From Flaccisagitta enflata (taxonomy: Eukaryota), in contig OZ231126.1 of assembly GCA_965153355.1 (NCBI GenBank), positions 29,946,001-30,010,000 of the forward strand: a DNA stretch of 64,000 nt, in the 5' to 3' direction. Positions 11,606 through 23,747 of this stretch are shown here, piece by piece; the stretch's first letter is position 1, and every line of letters starts with the position of its first letter. Position numbers and translations under genes: made by a program. The notes under the pieces were generated by a model, which had not been told where the DNA came from, ran no database searches, and was given only the letters and a program-made list of their open reading frames with translations.

Positions 11606-14600
11606 GGTTTGACATACGTTTCCGTGAGGTTTGCCGCTGCTACTCGGATCACGAAAGAAAATATTTTGCCAGAATATTTCCGACAATTTTTTTCTCCTAA
11701 CTTGGTTAATGTTTGAATCACTAATTGAATCTTCGCAAAAGAAGACACAATTGGTTCCTACTTTCTTCTCAGAGACTGTATTCAAGTCGGGAATGAAAGA
11801 CCTCGAAAGAAAAGAAGACCCTTGCAGCCCATCTCCCCCTGTCATCCACTCCCCCTCCCCTCCCCATAGACTTTTGTATCGTCCTCACGACGTCCCTGCC
11901 ATATCACTTCATTTGTTTTGCCTCATCTAACGGAAACCAAAGGACGGAAGATTTGACGGACGGACGGTTGGCTGGACAGGAAGATGGATGGTCGGAAGGA
12001 CGGGTAGAGGAACAAATGGCCAGATAGATGGAAAGATGTTCATAGAGTCGATTAAAACGGGCAACAAAACCACAAATGGCAAAAAAGAAAAAAAAAACAC
12101 CAAAGAACCAGGAAGCTGAAAGGAAGCACCATTGATAATTGGAGACACGGGATGTGTCAAAGAAATGGTAAATGAAGAAAAAGAAGAAAGACCAAAAGCG
12201 TTAGATGGTCAGCAGTACCCGTGCCCTGCCTAGGTAGGTTGTGCGTGAAGTTGGAGGGGGAAGCAGGGCAGCGGCCGTGTAAAGGGAAATATCTCCTTCT
12301 TCTCCTTCTTCTTCTCCTTCTTCTTTTCCTTCTTCTTCTCCTCCTCCTCCATCCCCCCCTCAAATCCCAGTCTCGAGGTCCATTTCCCAGCCCCTTTTGG
12401 GGCCGCTGCCCAAAAAGGAAAATGAATGATCCCCTCTTCATAGAAAATTTAATCTGGAAGATTTCCTTCGGGTCCTCTTCCCGTCCCAGGTTGTTGATAC
12501 GCCCCCCCTCCTCTTTTCGATCCATTCTCTTCTCCTACCCTCCCCTCTCTTTCCCATCTGTTCTCTTCCCCCCTCCTGTCCTCATCTTCTACTCCTCACC
12601 ACCATAGGCACCATCGGCGCTCATCTCCTACCCCCCTTATTCTCATTAATTTTCACCCCCCTTCTCCAGGCTTCCAGCTATTTTCATCTCCCCTCCCCAC
12701 TTTTCTGTTCCACCTCCCCATCCCAGACCTTTTGGTACTTTAAAATGTCTTTTGATATATGGCGGCTTCATCGGAAACATTTTGAATTTCGATCTAATTT
12801 CCAAAAGTAGAAGAAGAGAAAAATTGAAGAGAAAAATTGAATAGAAAAAAAAAAGAAAAAAAAAAGAAATCAGTTTTCTCATTGCTGATATTTTTCTTTT
12901 CCTTTGAATAAGCGAGAGAGCCACAATTGCGTTTTTTTTTCTCATTTTTCTTTTTGTTGTGCTGTGTTTTTGCGCGCGCGCGATTTTGCTTGAGCTATTT
13001 CTTTGACGCGCGCACGATCGTTTTCCCTTTTAACGGCGCCTCTACATGCGCGCCTCTACATGCGCGCATCTTCATGCGCGATTTTACGTAAGCGCTTTTA
13101 CTTGCGCGCTATTACATGCGATCCACTACATGCGCGCCACTTCATAAACGCTTTTATATGCGCGCCACAACATGCGCGCTACAAGTGTGCGCCCTACACG
13201 TGTGCCTAAACATATGCGCTCTAAAGCTTTCATATGCGTGCTCTGCATGCGCTCCTTTACTGTTTTAGAGAAAAACATCATCAGCTTTGGAAGAGCATTG
13301 CCTCTAAACGGATTAAGCTACAGGTGCCTTAGTTCAAACAACTTTTTGAAATACGACCAATCTGATTGTTGTAGCTTTTTTCGTTGATGAGCAGTGCTTT
13401 TCGACAGTTGATCCATGTTTTCACTTTTCATGGATGAAAGATGATTTTTTAAGTCGCGTGCTACGCAACTCTACACCCCGCTATGTCGGTCGGTCGGTCA
13501 GTCCGTGGTCCCCTTTTTACTTTTTCGGCGTTTTTGAGCTTTTTCAGCGTTTTTGGTTTTTCAGCCTATTGCTCCTGCCCAAATGCTCCAGTCACCTTCT
13601 CCAGCACTGCTCCTGCCAAGCCGCACGCGACTAGGGTGCCCGTGTATCCGGCCTTGTTTTAATTAGTGTTGCAGATCTAATTAGAAAGCACTTCAAGCTC
13701 TCCACGATAATGCGGTTCGCGTCTGCAAGCTGTCTCATCGTACGCTGTTTGCTACGCAGCCATGCCCGCCTACGCGCGTCACCCCATCTGAGCTGACGCA
13801 TTCAAAGTTGGCGGTTTCAAGAAGAACGCGCCTATCGACGCGCCTGCCGTGCACGCTTGCAACCAATCTTATACCCCCAACGCATGCCCAACCCTCAAAT
13901 CTACCCCTTTCTCTTCTCGGGTGCCCCCCTCCAACCAACCTCACCCTCAGCCCACACGTACCCATCACCTCGTATCTCTTTCCCCCTTGCCCAACTCAAA
14001 CGTATCATACCACCGCGAAACGACTAAGACATCTCAAATCCCCTCCCTCTTCTCAGGTCCCCATTCTTTACCAACATCCCCCTCACCACCCATCCATTGG
14101 TCTCTCTTTCCTTCACCCCCTTCCCCCATCCCCAGCTCATAACTCAAACGTATCAAACCACCGCGAAAAGAGTGAAGGATCTCAAATGACCCTTGAAGGC
14201 AGAAAGAGTTGGACTTTGGCCGAGGTCCTTTTTGAAATGAGGTGCCAACTGTCATGTCAAAAACCAGAAGTCCTTCAAAAAAAATGAGTGGACACAAAAT
14301 GGCTGCTGGCAGTTGGGCTGTGTGCAGACTTATGAATACAAATTGGCTAATTGAACAGTAACCAGAAGTCCTTGAAACAAAAAAGAGTGGACACAAAATG
14401 AGTGCGGGCAGTTGAACTGTGTTCACACTTGTATATACTAATGGTAGCCCTCTATGACCTCCTTAGAAGTCACTATCCGTGTCTTTTGTTTTGTTTCAAA
14501 GCGGGTAATGAATTAGGGCTCGGGGTTGTTTCTGGAAAGGTAAATGGTGCATAGCGACTTTTGACCATAATACGATCTCATCGTCGTAAGGGATGAGGCC

Positions 14601-15789
14601 CGATGCAATGGGGTTCGGGATGGGTCTAGGGCTTATTGGTTAGGGCTAGGGATGCGTTAGGTTTTCCTTTTGGCTCGAGTGTGTTTGAATCAAAGCTTCG
14701 CCCTGGCGGGGATTTCGAGAAATAAAATGTACATGGGATTGACTTAGTCAAGATTGCCTGCTTTACAGCACCCATAAAAGAAATTATAGACCAAATGGAC
14801 GAGAACAACCTAAAGTATTTGAAAAAAAAGAGAGGGGATCAAATGGATAAAGTTAGTTGGGTTCCATTCACACTTTCCTACATATATTGACTCAATTTAC
14901 AGCAGCCAGGGACACATTAAACTTAAAGAGAGCGACTGAGCAATCAATATGTGCTTACAAGTTTTTTGTCACGGACACGCGACTCTACACCTTGCCGTGT
15001 CGCTCGGTAGGTCGGTAGGTCCGTCGGTCCGTCAGTCCGTCACATTTTTGAATTCCGAGCGGTTTTCGCACCACCCCTGCCAAACCATCCGCGACCGTGT
15101 ATCCGGCCTTGTTTTTAGTTGTATAAAGACCCATTCCAGCTAGCAGAATCAAGAGTGCCCAAAAATTAAACAAACTGGCGACCACAACAGTCCGTTTCCT
15201 TCACTCACTCAAAATGGCTCTTTATCCACCATTTTCCAGGAACCATGTGCTTATGAAAATAGTGGGTATTAGAAATGGGTGTGGAAATGGATTCACAAAC
15301 TCAATGTCAAAAGCGTTTAATTGTCAGCAACCAAATCTAGTCTTATTCTAAAGATGAATTTGCGAGATACGCGACCTTGATGGAGGAAATTTTCCTATTT
15401 AGTGAAAACGAGTGATTAGGGAAAACATAACATGAGCTGAAATGCGCACAGTTGCGCACACGGCCTTGGATGGTCCACGAAGAGGAAGAATTTTGAGGAT
15501 GAGGAAGAGGATGGGGATGGGTAGGAGGATATGGATGAGAATGAAATGGAGACGAGGATGAGGGTATGAATGGGTTTTCAGGGTGAGGATGGGAATGAGG
15601 GTGAACGAGAATGTGGATGGGAATTAGGATGAGGATGAGGATGAAGACGAGGATGAAGATGTGGATGAAGACAAGGATGAAGATGTGGATAAGAATGAAA
15701 TGAAGACGAGGATAAGGATGAGGATGAGAAAGAAATGAAGATGAGGATGAGGATGACAAAGAATTTTGGGGTGAGGATGGAAATGAGGA

Positions 15790-18100
15790 TGAGAGGGTTA
15801 ATGAGAATGAGGATGAGGATGAGGCTGGGAATGAGAACGAGGGTGATCGGTGAAAATGGGTTTTGGGATGAGGATGAAAGGGTTAATGAGAATGTGGATG
15901 AGGATGAGGCTGGGAATGCGAACGAGGGTGATCAATGAAAATGGGTTTTGGGATGAGGATGAAAAGTTAAATGAGAATGTGAATGAGGATGAGGCTGGGA
16001 ATGAAAACGAGGGTGATTGGTGAAAATGGGTTTTGGGGTGAGGATGAGGAGGTCAATGAGAATGTGAATGAGGATGAGGCTGGGAATGAGAACGAGGGTG
16101 AAAATGGGTTTTGGGATGAGGATGAGGAGGTCAATGAGAATGTGAATGAGGATGAGGCTGGGAATGAGAACGAGGGTGAAAATGGGTTTTCGGATGAGGG
16201 TGAGGAGGTCAATGAGAATGTGGATGAGGTTGAGGCTGGGAAAGGGAACGAGGGTGAAAATGGGTTTTTGGGGTGAGGATGAGGAGGTCAATGAGAATGT
16301 GGATGAGGATGAGGCTGGGAAAGGGAATGAGGGTGCAAATGGGTTTTGGGATGAGGATGAGGAGGTCAATGAGAATGTGAATGAGGATGAAGCTGGGAAT
16401 GAGAACGAGGGTGAAAATGGGTTTTGGGGTGAGGATGAGGAGGTCAATGAGAATGTGAATGAGGATGAGGCTGGGAAAGAGAACGAGGGAGAAAATGGGT
16501 TTTGGGGTGAGGATGAGGAGGTCAATGAGAATGTGAATGAGGATGAGGCTGGGAATGAGAACGAGGGTGAAAATGGGTTTTGGGGTGAGGATGAGGAGGT
16601 CAATGAGAATGTGAATGAGGATGAGGCTGGGAAGAGAACGAGGGTGAAAATGGGTTTTGGGGTGAGGATGAGGAGGTCAATGAGAATGTGAATGAGGATG
16701 AGGCTGGGAATGAGAACGAGGGTGAAAATGGGTTTTGGGGTGAGGATGAGGAGGTCAATGAGAATGTGAATGAGGATGAGGCTGGGAATAGAGAACGAGG
16801 TGAAAATGGGTTTTGGGGTGAGGATGAGGAGGTCAATGAGAATGTGAATGAGGATGAGGCTGGGAATGAGAACAAGGGTGAAAATGGGTTTTGGGATGAG
16901 GATGAGGAGGTCAATGAGAATGTGAGGATGAGGATGAGGATGAGAAAGAGAGATGATGAATGAAAAGGTTTTGGGGTGAGTGGATGAGGAGGTCAATGAG
17001 AATGTGAATGAGGATGAGGCTGGGAATGAGAACGAGGGTGAAAATGGGTTTTGGGGTGAGGATGAGGAGGTCAATGAGAATGTGAATGAGGATGAGGCTG
17101 GGAATGAGAACAAGGGTGATCGATGAAAATGGGTTTTGGGATGAGGATGAGGAGGTCAATGAGAATGTGAATGAGGATGAGGCTGGGAAAGAGAACGAGG
17201 GTGAAAATGGGTTTTGGGGTGAGGATGAGGAGGTCAATGAGAATGTGAATGAGGATGAGGCTGGGAATGAGGGTGAAAATGGGTTTTGGGGTGAGGATGA
17301 GGAGGTCAATGAGAATGTGAATGAGGATGAGGCTGGGAATGAGAACGAGGGTGAAAATGGGTTTTGGGGTGAGGATGAGGAGGTCAATGAGAATGTGAAT
17401 GAGGATGAGGCTGGGAATGAGGGTGAAAATGGGTTTTGGGGTGAGGATGAGGAGGTCAATGAGAAGGTGAATGAGGATGAGGCTGGGAATGAGAACAAGG
17501 GTGATCGATGAAAATGGGTTTTGGGATGAGGATGAGGAGGTCAATGAGAATGTGAATGAGGATGAGGCTGGGAAAGAGAACGAGGGTGAAAATGGGTTTT
17601 GGGGTGAGGATGAGGAGGTCAATGAGAATGTGAATGAGGATGAGGCTGGGAATGAGAACGAGGGTGAAAATGGGTTTTGGGGTGAGGATGAGGAGGTCAA
17701 TGAGAATGTGAATGAGGATGAGGCTGGGAATGAGAACAAGGGTGATCGATGAAAATGGGTTTTGGGATGAGGATGAGGAGGTCAATGAGAATGTGAATGA
17801 GGATGAGGCTGGGAAAGAGAACGAGGGTGAAAATGGGTTTTGGGGTGAGGATGAGGAGGTCAATGAGAATGTGAATGAGGATGAGGCTGGGAATGAGGGT
17901 GAAAATGGGGTGAGGATGAGGAGGTCAATGAGAATGTGAATGAGAATGAGGCTGGGAATGAGGGTGAAAATGGGTTTTGGGGTGAGGATGAGGAGGTCAA
18001 TGAGAATGTGAATGAGGATGAGGCTGGGAATGAGAACGAGGGTGAAAATGGGTTTTGGGGTGAGGATGAGGAGGACAATGAGAATGTGGATGAGGATGAG
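15790..18100. repeat. 78-bp minisatellite (~28 copies) grading into (GAGGAT)n-like simple repeat
   Basis: Unit gaggatgaggaggtcaatgagaatgtgaatgaggatgaggctgggaatgagaacgagggtgaaaatgggttttggggt; 26-aa periodic ORFs repeatedly broken by indels. Confidence 0.95.
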
Positions 18101-21100
18101 GAATATTGAGGGTAAGGATGAAAATCAAGATGAGGTCGAGAAAGGAAATGAAGATACAAAAAAAAAAAAAAAAACACAGCGGAAATGGCACTTCTTCGAC
18201 AACACACTTAAGTCTCAAAACAGCGAAGTACTGAAGAAGTCATATCAATGATAAAAAGACCCTTACCATGAACATCGCAAAATTAGTAGACAAGTATGTG
18301 TTTGCCGTAGGGAGGTATACAAGCTGGTGATATAAACCAGATCTGTATGGGATAGATGAAAATTCATATATACGGACGGACGAGCATAAAATTCACGAAC
18401 AGAACGGAATAACCTAACGATGAAGTGGCATCTGGAGAACTTTTGTTGTTACGCGGTTGTTTCTTGAACAAACCGAAAATTTGCCATGCAAACAATAAAA
18501 AATAGAAGAACAAACACTTAAACAGCGATAAACGTTGCTCAGGCCGATGTTTATTCTCTTAACAGTGTGACAATGTCATCGTGTAAGCTCTGCTCAAGAT
18601 AACACAGTAAAGATAAAGTTTAATAACTATTTATCTCATCCACCTTTCTGGGTATTGCCAATAATGATTAATGAGCCATGGGAAACGTGGCACCTTCAAT
18701 TCACAGCTATACCTTGTTATGGTACTGCGGTGGAAATAGACTGTTTAGAATAAAAAGTCGTCGAATTTTTCAACCTCCTGACTAACCAAATTACCGATGG
18801 ACGGATCGATGGGCAGTTGAAATCAAGGCATATATAGTACGATGCATAAAAAAATTTAAATTAACGATGGACGGATCGATGGACAGTTGAAAATAAGGCA
18901 AAAAGGGGATATATAGTGCGACGCATAAAAAAAGATACAAACTTTCTATTCAAGATCTCAATGCTCAAAACTGAATTATCAAACCTTATATCATGGTTAA
19001 TCAAAAAAGTTGGAAAAAATGAAGTAATTGCCGCTGATACTAAACATTTTTGTTGATTTGTGAAGATTTTATAATCAGTTGAAGATAAGGTGTTTAACAG
19101 TTTAAGATCGATGTAAGATCTTCAAATAACTCTTAAAGTCATCTTTGATTATATCTAATTTCTTTGAAGTGAGTTTAAACTCATGAAAATCCATGACATT
19201 TGGAAAGCCCTTCAAAATATCTTCAATTTGAGTTGTTTCTGGCATCTGTAGCTCAATTCGTTTAGAAGTTATGTTTGATTGAATATAAATAGTCATTTTC
19301 TAAAAACAGCAAAGAAAGGTCACAATTTTCATTGCTGTTTTTGATACTTTATCTTTGTTTTATTATAAAATTGGGGGCTTGCTGGCAATTTCTTTATTTT
19401 TGAAACATAAAAGAATTGATTTTAAGTCACCTGAAACAGAAACTTGTATCTTGTAACTTGTATCTTGTAACTTGTATCTTGTAACTTGTATCTTGTATCT
19501 TGTATCTTGTATCTTGTATCTTTTTTCATGCAGCGCACTGTAATGTGTGAAGTATTGTAAACAACCCAGACGTGATTTTAATTTGACTTTCCTCAGACGA
19601 CAATTCCATGATTCCCTTTCCTTCGTCAAATAAGAAGTAAGACCGTAGAAAATAAGGTACTTAGTTCTGTCAAGAATCGTCGTAGAATTGTCACACAACT
19701 GTCTCCCAGTGAGTCTTTTGAGAGTTTGTTGTCATGATCTTATTACCAATAAAGGCGGCTCTCGCCGTAGGAAAAAAGTCGTAAATGCGAGGTTTGGAAT
19801 TTTTTGAGATTGTGTTTTGTCTAGTTGATTGTCTCTTTTTCTTTTTCTCTCTCTCTAGCTCTCTCCCATTCTCATTTTCTCTTTCCCCTTCTCTCTCTCT
19901 CCCTGTCCCCTGCTTTCATGTAACACGGGGTTACAATATTGTTGCAGACAGGTGGACAGAGGCATCCAACCCCCATCCACACTCCAACCCCAACCCCCAC
20001 ACACAAGCATCTAGACCGCTTGTTTTTCCACTTTTCCACTTGGACGGACAGATGGACTAACAGACCGATGGATGGACTGACAGACAAAGCCTCTCATAGA
20101 GCCCAGAGTTGAAATGAGAGAGAGAATGTGTTGCCAGGATGCACAATCATTTATCTGGGACATTTCTAAGTTCATATAGACTTCAACTAACTTGATTCCT
20201 CTTTTAGGGAAAATTAAAAAAATGCAAAGAAATAAAAAAAGATTTAAAAAATCATAGCTCCAAAACTATTGATCGCAGAGAATTCTGCTTGGCGTCATCT
20301 GAAAGAGGAGAATTAGCTCTTTCTTAGCTATTAATTTCATGCGTAGTCCCATTCTGCCCCCAAAATGCAGCAACTTTCTCAAACGCTTCATAAAACAAAT
20401 GGAAATCCGTTTTTCTCTGCAGGACTCAAAAAGACCGAAGGGACTTTGTCTCTTCGACTTTTTTCCAAATAAATAGAGGTCCGTGCTTCCGTGTTTGAGC
20501 GACGTTTTGCACTTATTGACAAAATAGCGTAGATGTGGAGCAGGGGATCAACTAAGTGGGTGAATAGATGAGCAAAAACTTGAATGACGAGCGAACGTTT
20601 GAATAAAATGTAAACTCGTCTTAACAAAATGATTCATATCATCGCATAATTTCGTATAGAATGAAAAGAGAAATTTTGGGCGACGGATAATAAACAAGGC
20701 CGGAAACACGGCTACCCAAGTCGCTTGCGGGTGGGCAGGGACAGTGATGAAAAATTCTAATCGCGCCTCTTGGCAGGAGCAGCAGTGCAAAAACCGCCCG
20801 TAAACTCCAAGAAAACTAAGCGTTATCAACCGACGGACCGACCGACGGACAGAACGGGTTATAGATTCGCGTGCATGCGACTAGAAATAATCCATTCTGG
20901 TGCAATTTCAGCATTCTTGCAAGCGGATATGATTATGCGCCCATGAACATGGCGTTTGTTCAACTTTTTTTCTATTTGGCAAATGCAGAAGTCACACAGA
21001 AGGTCCGCCTGACTTGGGATGGTTTCAATTCAAAACAACCCATAATGGGGGGTAATTTTTTACTAATGAATTTTCGTTAATTTTCATTGAAAATAGATTT

Positions 21101-21560
21101 AATGCAAAGTTGCAATTTTGAGTTTTTTTTTACAAGATAAAAAAAAAAACAACTTAAATTTTCTTAAAGAACGTGAAGAGATCTCCTGAGGATAAAAAGA
21201 ATAAAAAAACATTTTTTTTTTTTGCATTTCCGTCATTATCAACAGTCAAGTGAAGCAGCTTTGCTACTCAACTTCAGGCTATAAGCACTCAACAAATGAA
21301 AAGGAAAAGGCGGAAGGAAGGAAAAAGACCGAAGAAGCAAAGATACGATTACAACTATAAACACTTGCCTCAGTTTCAAAACTCGTACTTTAATATTTGA
21401 AGGAAGCAAGTCCTTCTAATTCCTTCGTTGGTTTGATGGCCCGTCTGTCTGTTTATCTACACGCTAGAGTAATAGTAATAGTAAGGCGTCAGAACATTAG
21501 TTTTGTTTCTTTATCAAAAAGTAATGAGTCAATTGTATTGTCGGTTAATTAAACAGTGAC

Positions 21561-22474
21561 TGTTAGAAATGTATGTCCGTCCGTTTCTTAAGTATGTGTG
21601 CTTTTGTTTCTTTTGCGTGCTTTGGCTTTTTTTCTTTCTCTATTGTTCAATGCCAGCGTCTTTTGTTTCTCGCCACTTTTTATATTGAACGCTAGATGGG
21701 TAACCATATGGTTGCGCCTTGTATTTTGTGCCATTTGTTTTTATTACGTAGGCATACATACGTAACTCGTCTTTCGTATCATCCAATTTTTGGATTGATT
21801 GATTTTATTTATTTGCGGCATTGCTTCCTAAAGTGATTGATTGATTTTTCGTGATTGATTGAATGTGCCCTTGGAATTTACTAATTTCAATAATCTCTCA
21901 TCTTTTTATTGCAGATAAACTTATGAACGGACAATTAACGTTAATTTGACTTCGACAGACTGTGGGTTGAAACCAACGAAAGTGGGCCTAAAAGTAAGTT
22001 TTTTAGACGCGTCTTTGCTTTTATTAACGTTGTTTTTATCTTGTCTTCCGGTCTGTTATTTTTGTCTTTTGCATTTTGCATTTTTATCGCCGGATTTTAG
22101 TATGGTTTTTATCGCTTGCCCGATCAGCTTACTATGGGGATGATATGGATGAATCTAATGGGATAGGCCGGGGCAGGGGCAGGTATTATCAGGTGGCATG
22201 GGCTCTGAAGAAGATGAACATGTTGTCATGTGCTGTTTCTGTCCTTTATTGTGTCCTGTCTCGATTTCATGTTATCTTTTGCGTTTGCTGATCAAAATTA
22301 ACGCCCACTTTCCCTTTCATTTTTCCCCCTCTCTTCAGTTGTTGAAATTTTTATGGAATAAACGAGACGATCGCCTTCCTATTTTCCAATCGGCCAACTT
22401 TCTTTCACCACAAGTCGTCAGTCAGATAGACGCTCATAGACAGTGCCAGTTGAAACTCGTGGGCGTAATTTATA
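21561..22474 (+). repeat. 5' LTR (914 bp shared part; may extend to ...tttcaaca at 22482)
   Basis: Starts tgttagaaatg; matches 29141-30053 apart from a small cluster of differences near 22070-22100; AATAAA at 22357-22362. Confidence 0.95.
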
Positions 22475-22536
22475 TTTCAACAATTTAAAAACGACTCGAC
22501 TCGTTACATCTTGACCTCCGAAAACGAAATTGGACA

Positions 22537-23716
22537 ATGGCGGCCGCGCGTAACGACGACACCGTCTCGACTGCTTCAACGTCATCTCGTGTATCCCACT
22601 TCGGTTTGAATCAGTGTCCGAGGTCGGATCGTTTGCGCGCAATGAGGAACGACATCACTGCGGAAATGGAAGGATGCCGGCGCCTTTTCGACGCCGTCGC
22701 CACTTGCACCGAAGGGACGAACGACTTCGACGACGCCGCCTGTGAATCAGATGGCGCTCGACACGGCCTTCGGGATATGGTGTACGACTTTATATCATAC
22801 GCAAGGCAGATGGCGCGACTCGATGCCCGGCGACCCTCTTCGATTCGCGGCGTCCACTCTGCGTCGAACCGGCGCGAATGGGATTCCATGCGTTTCTTCG
22901 ATCGTGAAAACTATCCAGAGGGTTTTCCTTCCAACGCCGACATCGTCAACGCAGTGAATAACGACATCGGGAATCGTAAAAGACCCGTCAATGAATTCTC
23001 ATGGAACAGTCTCCCAACTGACACTCACGCCGCCCGTGACAATGTTAATGGCGCTCCAACTCCAAGGATGCGAACGTCGTCGCCAAACCCCGACGGATCC
23101 GAGTACTTGCCACTTCCGGCCCCTCGACATGGTGCGCAATCTCCAACTGGCGGTCAATTCTTAAATCTGCCGCCGATCCAAAGAGGAGATGCCGTCAATC
23201 AGTGGGTCTCAGATTTGGTCTCGGAAATCGAACCTGCGCGTGCGTCTCCGACGGAGCAAGCTGACGACATGCTTGCGGATCTCGACGACGCCGATGCTCT
23301 CGCAAGAGGTCGTGGGGTCATCAACGGATTGACGCCGCAGGAGAGGGCGAGGCGACGCTTTATCAACAGGAGTGCGGAGAGAGACAGATGGGGTAGACAG
23401 CTGGAGGAGGAAATGCGACAAGGCCGTCGGCTAATAGACGATATGCAGCAGCAACAACGGGAGGAGGAGCAGCGACAGCAACAGGAGCAACAGCAGCAGC
23501 ATCAATTGCAGATGCAGCAGCAACAACTCCAACAGCAACGTCAAATCCACCGACCACAGGAGCAGCAGCAAACGATGGCTCAACGGCAGCAGCAAGAGCT
23601 GTTGCAGCAGCAGCAGTTGCAGCAACTCCAACAATTTCGTCAACAAGATCAACATCAGATCCTGCAGCCGGCGCCACAACATGTGGCTCAACAACAGCAA
23701 CAAGACGATCAACAGC

Positions 23717-23747
<31 letters not shown>

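Noticed and set aside
8383-11845. Long SFFL/KERK ORFs
   Set aside because: Translations of (TTTC)n/(GAAA)n microsatellites.
15932-18250. Acidic repeat protein EDEEVNENVNEDEAGNENEGENGFWG
   Set aside because: Frame is broken repeatedly by indels not divisible by 3, with no start or splice structure; it is a minisatellite.
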